Assembly: GCF_004010195.1 (NCBI RefSeq) | Contig: NC_057754.1 | Coordinates: 279,012 to 308,593, forward strand | DNA length: 29,582 bases | Source of the DNA: Chiloscyllium plagiosum | Taxonomy: Eukaryota | Direction of reading: 5' to 3' | In this document: positions 1-10,490 of the stretch, one piece after another | How positions within the stretch are numbered: position 1 is the first letter of the stretch | Layout: every line of letters starts with the position of its first letter | Notes under the pieces: model-generated | Told to the model about the DNA's origin: nothing | What the model saw: only the letters and a program-made list of their open reading frames with translations | The model's database searches: none | Translations under genes and position numbers: made by a program

Positions 1-208
1 TCGCACCCACTACCTGTATTTACCTATCACTACCTCACCACTCCGTCCCTCTCCACACCCATAATCTTTCCCATAACCACCCCCACCTTTTTCTGCAGCT
101 CCTACCCCACTTCCATTCCTGAAAAACGGTTATACCTGAAACGTCAACTTCTCCACCTCCTGATGCTGCCTAGCTTGCTGTATTTTTCCAGCCTCCTGAT
201 TGTCTGCA
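1..208 (+). mobile_element. Penelope-like element 3' terminal (pLTR/3'UTR) fragment with decayed hammerhead motif
   Basis: C/T-rich tract, then CTGAAAA-ACGGTTATACCT-GAAACGTC (119-145), then TGATGCTGCCTAGCTTGCTGTATTTTTCCAGC. Same terminal sequence family as 1663-1739 and the reverse complements of 10494-10580 and 29495-29579. Confidence 0.7.
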
Positions 209-378
209 TCCAATGAGATTGTGGCTGATCTGATCATTCTCAATTCCACTTTCCTACCTTTCCCCCACAGCCCTTGATTCCCCTTACTGATTAAAAATCT
301 GTCTATCTCAGCCTTTAATATACTTAACAACCGTGTCTCAACACCCCTCTGCAGTAATGAATTCCATAGATTCATTAT

Positions 379-690
379 GGGCGGCACAGTGGCACAATGG
401 CTAGCACTGCTGCCTCACAGCGCCAGAAACCCGGGTTCAATTCCCGCCTCAGGCGACTGACTGCGGGGAGTTTGCATGTTCTCCCCGTGTCTGCATGGGT
501 TTCCTCTGGGTGCTCCGGTTTCCTCCCACAGTCCAAAAATGTGCAGGTCAGGTGAATTGGCCATGCTAAATTGCCCGTAGTGTTAGGTAAGGGGTAAATG
601 TATGGGTGGGTTGCGCTTCGGCAGGTCGGTGTGGACTTGTTGGGCCGAAGGGCCTGTTTCCACACTGTAATGTAATCTAATCTAATCTAA
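379..690 (+). mobile_element. HE1-like V-SINE (tRNA-derived head, V domain, CR1-derived tail)
   Basis: A box TGGCACAATGG, B box GGTTCAATTCC, V-domain GGAGTTTGCATGTTCTCCCCGTGTCTGCATGGGTTTCC...TCCGGTTTCCTCCCACAGTCCAAA, tail GGGCCGAAGGGCCTGTTTCCACACTGT followed by (AATCT)n. Confidence 0.92.
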
Positions 691-1533
691 TATACTGAAA
701 AGAGATAGAGATCCTGCCTCCTGTTCCTACAGGCTTCCACAAATGGAAGCATCTTTTTCACACCTACCCTGCCAAACCTCTTAAGAATCTTGCATATTTC
801 AACAAGGTCTCCTCTCATTCTTCAAAGCTTCTAAAATGAGTACCCAACTCAACCTCCGCTCATAAGAAAATCCCTCCATGCCCTCCAACTTGGTGAACCT
901 TCTCTGGACTGACTGCAATGTCACTACACTTTTCCTTAGATAAGGGGTCCAAATGTCCACAATATGCCTTGCATAGCTTTAGCAAAACCTCCTTATTTTT
1001 GTCTTCCTTCAGTTTTTTTGTCTCTATTTTTATATTCCATACCCTCTGAAATAAAGTCCAACAGTCCATTTGCCTTCCTTATTACCCAATGAACTAGAAT
1101 ATTAACTTTTTGTGATGATGCAAAACCTCAGATTCCCACATTATATTCTATCTGCCAAGTTTCTGCCAGCACACTTAACCTATCCATATCCCTATGCAGA
1201 CGATGTCATCCTCTCTACTTGCCTTCACACCTATTTTTGTGACACGTATCTCAGTCTTTTGCACATTACCCATCCAAGTCATTAATATATACTGTACATA
1301 ATCGTGGCCCTGAGCATGCTCCCTGTGGCATTCTAATAGTTACAGGCTGCCATGCTACTGACACCACCTTTATTCCAACTCTGTCTTCTATTACCTTCAC
1401 TCTAATAGCTAGCAAGTTGTCTATCCATTCTGACTATACTATGTTCTCTTACCTTATGAAGTGGTCCCTTATCAAAGGTTTTTTAGAAATGCAAATATAT
1501 TCTACTGTGTCCTCTTTATCTATCCTACTTGTT

Positions 1534-1736
1534 GGGAGAAAGTGAGGATTGCAGACGCTGGAGATCAGAGTCAAAAAGTGTGGTGCTGGAAAAGCACAGT
1601 TGGTCAGGCAGCACCTGAGGAGGAGAGTCGACGTTGAGCATAATGCCCCTGAACAGCTCCTACTCAAAACATCGGCTCTCCTGCTCTTCGGATGCTGTTT
1701 GACTGGCTGTGCTTTTCCAGCACCACACTTTTTGAC
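1534..1736. mobile_element. Palindromic Penelope-terminus-derived mini-element with 15-bp TSD
   Basis: Perfect 33-bp inverted arms at 1567-1599 and 1707-1739, extending imperfectly toward the centre near 1645. Flanking direct repeat TCTATCCTACTTGTT (1519-1533) / TCTATCCTATTTGTT (1737-1751). Decayed hammerhead pieces at the centre. Confidence 0.85.
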
Positions 1737-2129
1737 TCTATCCTATTTGTTACCAACTTAAAGAATTCTAATAAACTTGTCAGGCACTATTTCCTCTTCA
1801 TGAAGCCACGTAGACAATACTCAATTACATTATGCATTTCTAAATGCTCTGCTATTACATCAGTTATAACAGATTAACGTTTCAGACCTTATGCTAACTG
1901 GCCCATAGTGACTTTTTTTATTTTGTCTCTTTTTTTTTGAAGTGAGTGACATTGACAACTTTCCAACTATCTGGGGCTTGATGACCACCAGTGCATTCAT
2001 TGGCTCCTTTAAAATGCTCGGATGCAACTTATCAGCACCATTGATTTACCAGCTTTCAGCAGAACAGGGCTCAACAAAAACTGATTTTTGGCAGGCAAGC
2101 AGAATCCAACAGAATAACTTGGCTGCCTC

Positions 2130-2360
2130 AAAGATTTGCATTTATATTGCAACTTTCAAGTCCTCACCATTCCAAAGCACCATAACCAGTGAAGAACTTT
2201 TTGAAATCTAGTCACTGCTGTAATATAGGAAATGTAGCATATAATTTGTACACAGCAAGCACCCACAAACAGCAACATGAGAATGAACCAGATCATCTGC
2301 ATTACTGAGGTTGGTTGAGGGACAAGCATTGCCCAAGACACTGGGAGAGCTCCCCTGCTG
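2130..2360 (-). mobile_element. DeuSINE (SacSINE1/AmnSINE1-like) 3' half
   Basis: Reverse complement reads CCCTCAACCAAC...CAGATGATCTGG...TTGCTGTTTGTGGGTGCTTGCTGTGTACAAATT...CATTTCCTATATTACAGCAGTGACT...TTCAAAAAGTTCTTCACTGG...TATAAATGCAAAT, i.e. the Deu domain plus tail. Confidence 0.8.
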
Positions 2361-3239
2361 AGTGAAGTTAAACTTGGAATCACCACCTCCTTCAACTCAC
2401 TGAACAGCAGCGAACATGCACTGAGCAGAAATCAAAACACTTCAAACATGGGAAAAAGACATTAACCCCAACAACAGCCACAAAGCTCACACCATGAGCC
2501 AAGCTCAGGAGACTAAATCTTACAGCAGCAATCAGCATGGAGGTCCCTCTGCCTTCTAACCTCACCTGAAGACATATAGAGAAAAATGCCAGCAGACTTT
2601 CACCACTCACTAACATCTTGTGCAAGTGATCATCCTTCTGGACTGCAAAGAATTAACAGATTCTTCAATCAAAAGACATGGCTCAGATAAATGCACAAAC
2701 ATTCAGATATTTTCATTTGCTGACAGCAAACAGGAGAGCAAATCCAGGGCAAGATTTCAACACTTCCTAAACCAGAGTCACTGAGGCTGTCCACCTCAGC
2801 AAACTCACAATGCAAAGTTTTCCTGTTCTGAACACCAGATGCACAATGATCAGCTAAGCTATTAGGAGCTCTGTGTTTTTTATATTCAGTCAGAGTCTAA
2901 CAAACAAGACAATTCTCATGGCTTCAGTCATGTAACTACCATCAAACAGATCTGAATCTGTCATCAATAAAATGCAATGGTCTGGTTAGTGTGCCAGCTG
3001 CTAGAGGAAGACACCAAGTGGGGCACAGCTCGAACGTAGGCAGTGTGTATTCTGCAGACAATGCTGTGATAACAGACCACGCAGATAGATGTATTTTTAG
3101 TCTTTTATGAAGTCTGACGCATGTATTAGCTGAAGAAAGAGTAACCTTTGAAGACGACAGGCAAAGTAGAGGAATCAGGGTAAATATCACTCCCTCTAGG
3201 CCTGGGATTTTAATCAGACACAATTAGACAGACCAGAGA

Positions 3240-3540
3240 TCACAGGAATGATTCACAGATTCTACATGGGAACAGGAGTCCATTCAACCCCTTGAGCTGG
3301 TTTTGTGATTCAATGTGATTATTGATCTGTAGTCTAATTCCACTTCATCTCATTCCCTTGATACCAGACACTGTCTGCCTGCCTGCCATCCAATCTTTTA
3401 GGGTATCTTCCAAATGCACCATAACCAATTTGCCCTTAAGATCTTCATAAATTCTCATCTTGAGATTTAAGCTACAAGTTCCAGAATAAAGTATTACACA
3501 TTCAAACTTAATGCAAAATTCTATCTTGGCCACCCTATAG
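3240..3540 (-). mobile_element. Highly decayed CR1 fragment (3'UTR joined to EN-RT linker)
   Basis: GGAGTCCATTCAACCCCTTGAGC is a CR1 3' end in reverse. ORF 3345-3533 (KIEFCIKFE...LNL...YEDLK...EDTLKD) resembles the CR1 ORF2 linker. Confidence 0.55.
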
Positions 3541-3689
3541 CCACTTTAAAGCAAGGGTGACTGGATGGAGATGAGCAACAGAAATTGTGTCTGATTCCCA
3601 CAATACATCCAGACACCAGCTGAGGTCAGCTAACAGCACAAGTGATTGAATCCGATCTGTGTTTGTTTCTATTTGTTCCTCAGAGTATT

Positions 3690-3870
3690 GGGGTTTCACT
3701 GACTTGATCCTCATTTATTGCCCATCCACTGCACTGGAGAAGGTGGAGGTGAGCTACCTTCTTGAACCACTGCAATCCACAGGCAATCCAATGTGGGAAG
3801 AGAGGGACTTCCAGAACTTTGATGCAGTGATACTGAAGGCACGGTGATATATTTCCAAGGCAAGAAGATG
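3690..3870 (-). mobile_element. Non-LTR retrotransposon 3' end fragment (shark LINE, clade uncertain)
   Basis: CATTTATTGCCCATCC...GAGAAGGTGGAGGTGAGCTACCTTCTTGAACCACTGCA...GATATATTTCCAAG, recognised from memory as an abundant chondrichthyan LINE terminus in reverse. Confidence 0.5.
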
Positions 3871-4089
3871 GGACCATGTCCCCACAAGGACTGTGCCATG
3901 AAGACTCATTTTAATACTGTCAGATTAGCTTGCGTAAAGATCCTTTTCCCCCCACTGCTTCTCTCACCTACTTACACCAGATTGAGTCCAGCAGCTGTGT
4001 CCTTTAAGAATTAAACAGCTTGGTGAATAGTAGATTGGGCCTGTATTCCCAGCAGTTTGGAAGAATGAAAGGGAATACAATTGAAATCT

Positions 4090-4680
4090 GATGCAGGAAT
4101 GATGTTTCCCCTGGCCAAGGGGCCACACTCTCAGAGCCACACTCTCAGAGGACAGGGTAGGCCATTTCAGACTGAGATGGAGAGATAGGTCTTCACTCAG
4201 TGGGTGGTGAATCTCTGGAACACTCAACCAAGTCACTGAACAGGAAAGGTTTAGAGGGATATGGGCCAAACACAGGCAAATGGGACAAGTTCAGTTTAGG
4301 AAACTTGGTCAGCATGCACAGGTTGAGTTGAAGGACCCGTTTCCATGCTCTTACTTCTATGTCTCTGTATATAAGAAACAAACAAAAGTTCCTAGAGGGT
4401 CGTGTTGAATAGCAAAATGGGCTCAATGGGTTGAATGACCTACTCCTGCTACTATCATCCGTGTTACTAAAGTGTAACAAGCTGCCTTTTAAAAAAAAAA
4501 TCAACATTGAGTCAAAGTAAAAAGGATGAGTGTATAGTCACATAAGCAAGGGAGTGAAAGTTCACTGGGAGTTGGCAGGAACATGGAGTCATCAGATCAG
4601 CCATGGTCTGATTGATGGTGGGACAGGCTTGAGAGGCCAAGCAGCCCATCCCTACTCGTAATTCATATGTTCCTATGTTA
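4090..4680 (+). mobile_element. Cluster of CR1 3'-end fragments (about 4090-4368, 4390-4460, 4520-4680)
   Basis: GGCCACACTCTCAGA...TTCACTCAGTGGGTGGTGAATCTCTGGAAC; tails GAAGGACCCGTTTCCATGCT, GAATGACCTACTCCTGCT and ATCAGATCAGCCATG...CCTACTCGTAATTCATATGTTCCTATGTT. Confidence 0.75.
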
Positions 4681-4689
4681 GTGAACAAA

Positions 4690-4862
4690 ACTCAGTCGAA
4701 GGAGGTTTCAAGAAGCATGTTGGAAATGGAAATAGGGCTCAGAGAACTGAAGCACAGCCACCGACGGGTGGAGCAATTTAAAATCAGGGAATACTCAAGG
4801 GACCAGAATCAGAGGAACACAAAGATCACAGAGGGCCAGAGGAGATAACACAAATAAGGTGA
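4690..4862 (-). mobile_element. L2 LINE 3' fragment
   Basis: AAAATCAGGGAATACTCAAGGGACCAGAATCAGAGGAACAC is homologous to 6953-6993. The reverse frame resembles the L2 RT C-terminal LRSS.SG.L.IP.F...GG.AFS segment. Confidence 0.6.
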
Positions 4863-5769
4863 ATTTTTCTATGCAATATCCAAAACAAGGCATTTATGAC
4901 ACAGCCAGACAATGAGTTGGCACGGGACTCCTCAATAAACATACAGAAAATTAGCAAGTGAAACATTGGCTCCGTGACTGAGATGATCTGGAGATGATCT
5001 TGATTGAGATCAGGCTGAAATCCTGAGTGCATTACTGCCCAGCAGCAGCTTGCTCCTAATTGGGCACACATAGTTTTCCAACTCCATGCTTGCTGCAGAG
5101 AACAGCAGGCAGGTTAGCACCTTTCCATGGCAGGGGCGGGGGGATCCCCTGACAGTTACTGATGCAACTTGTGGAACTGGGGGAAACAACAGCATTAAAC
5201 CAGATTGCTACACACAAATGGCAATAGTTTGCTTTCAGATGGAATGTGCAGAATAACCACTTCAGCAAAGGAAGAACATGGAGAATGGCCCAAAGATAGG
5301 ACAAATGGAGAAGTTACAAATGAACGTTGGAAAATAAAATCAGAAAGTTGGGAAGCTTGGAGCAAATTATTAATATATTAGAGAAATACTTAATGCTGTT
5401 GTGTTCCATACATTAACTGCTTGTTCACTGAACTATTTTAGAGGTAGAGACACTATCACTGCACTCAAGAGCCTATAAAAACAGGAACAAGTGCAGTTTA
5501 CGTTTCCACTCATCAACTATGTTAGAGGGAAAAAATGACCCAAGTTGCCCAGGACCACCTGACCTGCAGTAAAACCAATGTGTCTGGTCCCAACAATTCA
5601 AATGGGTAGATGCTGAAAGGTGAAAGTCCTGTCCAGTTTATCTCTCGTCACCCTGAGAGTTGCCTGATACAATGATATCGGAAGTGCTCAGTAAACAATG
5701 TCCAATTAATGAGTCTTCGACAGACACCGATGTGAAGCGAGGAAAAACCCCAGGCAGTGGACAGCTTTG

Positions 5770-6130
5770 AGAATCATCGGTCCAAAATTTCCTTTCCCTC
5801 TCTAGCTGACTCTATTCTCACACAATCAGGTTTCAAATTACTCCAGCCAATTTCCAAAATATTTTCTGAAAGAAATTCACTTAATTTACATTTGAAAGAA
5901 TCAATACCAACTGGTTCCACCGTCTCTCTTGGGAATTTGTTCCATATATTAAACACTTGGTCACCAAAATATTCCTTCGACAGCTCAGCTTTCAATTTGC
6001 CCCTTTCAAGCACAAACTGTGTTCACTCGATCTATTATACAGACAACGTTGAACTACTCAAGATGGTCAATGTAATTCAGTTCCTTTACAATCCTAAAAC
6101 TCCTCTCAACCTCGTCATTTCCAACTAGAT
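5770..6130 (-). mobile_element. Ancient CR1 ORF2 C-terminal fragment
   Basis: ORF 5774-6013 YFGDQVFNIWNKFPRETVEPVGIDSFKCKLSEFL matches the CR1 motif FF..RVV..WN.LP...V.A.....FK..LD.FL. Confidence 0.7.
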
Positions 6131-6542
6131 GTTAGCCAATCCACATAACTGCCCCTCAGAATTCAGTCTATGTTGTCTAGCTGATCACAGGCCACTTTGA
6201 GTTGTGTCTTGGACAGTTCTCGATGACTCCAATTCAGAAAAGCATACCAGGCATTGTCAGCACAACCCACTGTGATTAATCCAGAGGTGGAGATGACAAA
6301 CTGCCATCTGCATATGACAGAGAATCAAAATATTTAAAAGATCTGTGGCCTGGTTCCTGCTTTCCCTTGACAGTGCTCCCTCCCCTCAAGAAACTGATTC
6401 CCACTGGAGTTCTAGGATTCAAATTCTTCCCCTGGATACATTGAAGATTCAGAAAGATACAGCCGGGGAAGAATACATGTTAGCAGAGGAACATGTAGAT
6501 GAAGCTGCACCATTTACAGCATGCTTCTGTGAACGTTGGCAT

Positions 6543-6581
6543 GTTCCTTTTTATCCCTGCTAGTTCCTTTTTATCCCTGCT
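6543..6581. repeat. Perfect local tandem duplication (19-bp unit + 1-nt spacer)
   Basis: GTTCCTTTTTATCCCTGCT at 6543-6561 and 6563-6581. Confidence 0.95.
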
Positions 6582-6719
6582 CTGTGAAAAGCCACAGAAA
6601 TAGTTCCTGATGAAAATGTTAAAAGGCAAGCATGAGGTACTCTCACGACTGGTGATCTCTTCCTTCCTGTTTGCGCAACTATTCAGCAGGGTGAAGCTCC
6701 AAATACAGATCACAGTCCA

Positions 6720-7330
6720 ACAACAACAAGAATAACTTATAATTATATAGCATCCCTTCACATAATGAAACATTCCAAGACAATTCACAGCAGCACTATT
6801 AGACAAAATATGATACTATGTCACATAAAGAGACAGCCTGGACAAAGTAGTCAGTTTGAGAGAGCATCTTAGAGAAGGAAAGTGAAGTAGAATAGTTTTG
6901 ACAGTTGAGAGCCCATGCAGCTGAATTCACGTTTGTCAGTAGTGAGGCTACTAAAATTGAGGATACTCAAGAGGCCAGAGTTGAAGAAGCACAGTTCTCG
7001 GTGTGTCGTAAGTGCTGTAGAAAGTTACAGAAATAGAGAGGAGTGAGGACACAGAGGATTTGAAAGTAGGGATTAGAATTTTAGAATCAAGACATTGCTT
7101 GACCAGGAACTGATGTAGGTCAGTGAGCACACAGGTAATAGGGGATACTGCGTGGTTTAGTCACAGCTAGAAATCAAGGAGGAAAGAGTGAAGGTTTCAG
7201 CCAATGACCCGAGGTAGGGGTGAAGCTGAACAATATCAGTGTGGTAAAAATTGTGAAGTGAGAAAACGAGATCAGTGACTCATTTTGAGGTCAGATACAG
7301 AACCAATGTTGAGAAGAATATTCCTAATAT
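6720..7330 (-). mobile_element. L2 LINE 3' portion (RT C-terminus + 3'UTR)
   Basis: Reverse complement of about 7030-7145 encodes a decayed ITCVLTDLHQFLVKQCLDSKILI..FK...SPLYF, matching the L2 motif HITPVL..LHWLPV..RI.FKIL. Ends in GGATGCTATATAATTATAAGT plus (TTG)n. Confidence 0.72.
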
Positions 7331-7371
7331 TTAATTAGAGGACATTTCAGCATTTCAATATGGGACTTTGA

Positions 7372-7442
7372 TGAGCAGGTGGGAATTGAACTCAAGCTCC
7401 TGGCTCAGAGGTAGGGACACTACCACAGCACCATAAAATCCT
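7372..7442 (-). mobile_element. tRNA-derived SINE head fragment
   Basis: Reverse complement TGGTGCTGTGGTAGTGTCCCTACCTCTGAGCCAGGAGCTTGAGTTCAATTCCCACC has A-box-like and B-box-like motifs but no full cloverleaf. Confidence 0.6.
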
Positions 7443-8659
7443 ACAATAGCAAGCAGTCTCATAATTTAGGCACAGCGGAATCGCCGAGAGATGCGTTGGT
7501 GAGATAGAGTTGAATATTGTCAGAATACATGTGAAAACAACACTGTGCTACATAGATTCATGGCCACTGCAAGAAGCCAATGTACAATCTGGGACAACGA
7601 TGACACAGCAGGGAATGCCATACCTCCCCAACATTAAGCAGAGCCCCAATTGTCAGATCAAGTGGCTCCAATGGATTCTCACCTACGCAGGAAGATTATA
7701 GATGAGGAGTTCTGTCGGTGTCCAGACCAATATTCCAATCTCCATCAACCTCTCCCCACTCCATCCAACAAATAAACCAAAGGCACTGACTACTTACCTC
7801 ATAAATGGTTTGCAGAATCCTGTTTTGCATTTTGAAGTAATTCATGGTGTCATCAGCTTTGAGACATTTTCCACACGGAACTGAAGTCTGCTGTGTGAAT
7901 ACAAGTCTCTCTTTCAAATCACACGTCACTCTGTAATCACTGCACACCCACACACATCTTGCGAAATGAATCCTAACTCTAGGCAAGGTTGTGGCCAGTG
8001 TCACCTACACCTACCATTGGAACTGCATACAAGCTATTAGGAGGGATGCAGTTATCAGTCTGTGTAACTGAAACAGCATGGTATACCCTGCATATGTCCC
8101 AACAGGCGAAGAATGCTAATCAGGATAGGAGAATTGAGTGATGTAACCATCATCAACACTGAGAAAGGATTATTTACCGACCATCCAGTCTCACTGCATC
8201 ATCACCACAAACTCTCTGACCAGGTAGCTGATAAAGTGACTGTGGGAAATGCCTAATTTAGCAGAATGAGAATCCCTAATTTAGTGTGACTATGCTGTTC
8301 AACCCCTCCATGGGTGCCCAAAAAAGGTACACAAAGCTATATTTACTTCCCATCTCCAGCTAGGCTAATGAGATGATGAGCTTTACACTGCCTTCGTTTT
8401 CCAATTTCTGAAAGCACTGAAAATTGACTACTTGTTGTAGGACTGGAGTTACAGTCAGGCTAGCCAGGCAGGAGCCCATGTTACCTTCTTTAAGACAAAA
8501 CCATTTAGAAGCTTCAGCATCATTTCATTCACCAGTACAGAAGCAGAGAAAGATGGCAGTCTACTCTTCTCAGTTGGAATCAATCACATTTTCAAGTTCA
8601 GGAAAATTTGTTATTTTGGATTTCTGAAACCCTTCTCTATTCGGGATGAACAATGAGAC

Positions 8660-9038
8660 ACAAGAACATTGAACAGTACAGCACAGTACAGTCCCTCGAT
8701 GTTGTGCCAGTCTTTTATCCTACTCTACGATCAGACTAACCGGCATACCTTTCATGTGCACATCTTACATGTTGCTGATCCAAAAGTCACTTAAACGTTC
8801 CTAACACATCTGATTCTACTACCACTGCTGGCAGTACATTCCATGCAACCACCACTCTGTAAAGAACCTCCCTCTGACATCTCCCCTAAACCTTACTCTG
8901 ATTACCTTAAAATTACGCCCCCTCGTGATAGACATTTCCACCATGGGAAAAAAAGTCTCTGGCTATCCACTTTAACTATGCCGCTCAACATCTTGTACAC
9001 TTCTATCAAGTCACCTGTCATCCTTCTTCGTTCCAATG
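8660..9038 (-). mobile_element. CR1 LINE 3' end
   Basis: GAACATTGAACAGTACAGCAC tail in reverse; CATTCCATGCAACCACCACTCTG (RVV..WN); ACATCTTGTACACTTCTATCAAGTCACC (GDLIEVYKM). Confidence 0.8.
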
Positions 9039-9182
9039 GCTGAACGCTTGTCCAGTACTCACACTCTCCATTCAGGACTCCTATCTCTTTCCTCCAGTTA
9101 GCTCAGTGTTCCAACACTGCTTCAATCCCAGGGCTGCTCCAGCCCTTCATACAATGCCAACTTCCTTCCTAAAGAGACTGCT

Positions 9183-9337
9183 CAATCGATTGGAACAGTC
9201 AGGTGTCTCACCCCAACAACCAGAGACATCATGTCCAATCACTCCTTTAGTGACAATGAGTCATAGACACCAAGTCCCCCCCCCCTTCTCAAATCCAAAC
9301 GGGATATAAAGACAAACGGTCAAAGGTCATGTGACCT
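9183..9337 (+). promoter_or_regulatory. Candidate promoter/enhancer: CCAAT x2, E-box, AP-1, TATA, DR1/IR2 nuclear-receptor site with M-box
   Basis: ATTGG 9189-9193; CAGGTG 9200-9205; CCAAT 9235-9239; ATGAGTCAT 9256-9264; C-run about 9275-9285; TATAAA 9305-9310; CGGTCA-A-AGGTCA 9317-9329; AGGTCA-TG-TGACCT 9324-9337. Motif presence only, no functional evidence. Confidence 0.4.
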
Positions 9338-9349
9338 CCACCACCCTGT

Positions 9350-9590
9350 CAGCGATTGTTCAGTGGGTAGAACATCTGCCTTCAAATTCGAAAATTGAGA
9401 GTTAAGTCTCAGTCTAGAATCTGCAGCACATAATCCAGGCTGACACTAACAGTGCAGGACTAAGGAAGTGCTGTACTTTCAGAGGAGCTGCGTTTTAATG
9501 AATAATGCTTATTCTTACAAATGGAGATAAAATATCCCACAGAGAGAGAAAGGGACTTCTTCCAGTGTCCTAAACCAATATTTATCCCTT
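9350..9590 (+). mobile_element. DeuSINE (SacSINE1-like) 5' half, truncated at the Gypsy fragment
   Basis: Decayed tRNA head (TCAGTGGGTAG...GAGTTAAGTC), CACATAATCCAGGCTGACACT...AGTGCTG...CAGTGTCCTAAACCAATATTTATCCCT. Homologous to the reverse complement of 11930-12150. Confidence 0.7.
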
Positions 9591-9591
9591 T

Positions 9592-10320
9592 AAATGCTGA
9601 AGCCTTCTGTATTTCATTTGAAAAATTGGCTAGGTAGATGGAGTGGTCTAAGGATTTAAGGGTAATGCTAGTTCCGACTAAACTGGTAGGCAGTTTAATA
9701 GCTAGTGAAGTATTTGCTGCACTGTCAGATGAGGTGTCAAGAGATTATGAAGACGGTTAAACAGGCTATTTTAACTGCTTATGAATTGGTACCAGAAACA
9801 TATAGACAATGGTTCAGAAACACGAATAAGGAACTAGGTCAGACTTATGTTGAGTTCGAAAGAATTAAAGGTAGTCGCTTTAATCGATGGGTACATGCTT
9901 TGAAAATAGATAAGAAGTTTGAGACTCTAAGTGAGATTATTCTGCTGGAGAGTTTTAAAAACTCACATGGTAAGAACTCGTGTGGAGGAACAGAAAGTTC
10001 ATGAAGTGAGAAGGACAGCAGAATTAGCAGACGAGTACATGTTGGTGCATAAGACAAGCTTTTAATTTTGTCCTGTGAAGGATAGAAATTGGCAGAAAGG
10101 GAGATCCTACACTACTAAACCAAGAGTAGATCGCACTGATAAGAATTTACCACAGAATAAAAAAGAAGCCCAAGAGGGTGGAAAGGAGGTGAAAAGCTTC
10201 TCATGTTTCTGCTGTGGTAAAGTGGGACACGTAAAGTCACAGTGCCAGTCATTAAAGAAAGGCGCGGTGGGAAAAGATGTGGTAAAAGAAGCTAAGCCAG
10301 TGGCATTAGTGAAGGTAGTA
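9592..10320 (+). mobile_element. Gypsy LTR-retrotransposon gag fragment (Gmr1-like, SCAN-related capsid + CCHC zinc knuckle), frameshifted
   Basis: EAFCISFEKLA..MEW...KLVG..ASEVFAALSDEVSRDYE / VKQAILTAYELVPETYRQWFRN...LSEIILLESF; zinc knuckle CFCCGKVGHVKSQC at 10204-10245. Confidence 0.82.
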
Positions 10321-10490
10321 CAGAACTGCAGCCTCACAGCGCCAGGGACCCGAATTCGATTCCAGCCTCAGGCATCTGTGTGGAGTTTACACATTCTCCC
10401 CGTATCTGCATGGGTTTCCTCTGGGTGATCCAGTTTCCTCCCACAATCCAAAGATGTGAAGGTTAGGCGAATTGGCTATGCTAGATTGTC

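Larger units (their letters stand above)
209..1910 (-). mobile_element. Old CR1 LINE, 3' part of ORF2 and 3'UTR, interrupted by a V-SINE (379-690) and a palindromic Penelope-derived insert (1534-1736)
   Basis: Minus-strand remnants NLWNSL...AEIDRFLISKG (ORF 130-387) and KEVLLKL (ORF 860-1069) are typical of the CR1 ORF2 C-terminus. Many stops and indels. Confidence 0.8.

Noticed and set aside
379..455. tRNA gene-like A/B boxes (also 7372-7442 and 23455-23525)
   Set aside because: These run into SINE bodies or are isolated decayed heads with no complete cloverleaf, so they are SINE heads, not tRNA genes.
3560..3660. Possible ancient SINE head remnant (GCTGAGGTCAGCTAAC...GATTGAATCC)
   Set aside because: Too decayed to assign without a repeat library.
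3974..4003. 26-nt AG...GTAAGT micro-exon on the minus strand
   Set aside because: Too short to assess, and several GTAAGT hexamers are expected by chance in 30 kb.
4826..5117. Good minus-strand branch point and acceptor (CTAAC...TTCTCTGCAG at 5093-5117)
   Set aside because: No strong donor or recognisable peptide follows, and the longest frame runs into an L2 fragment.
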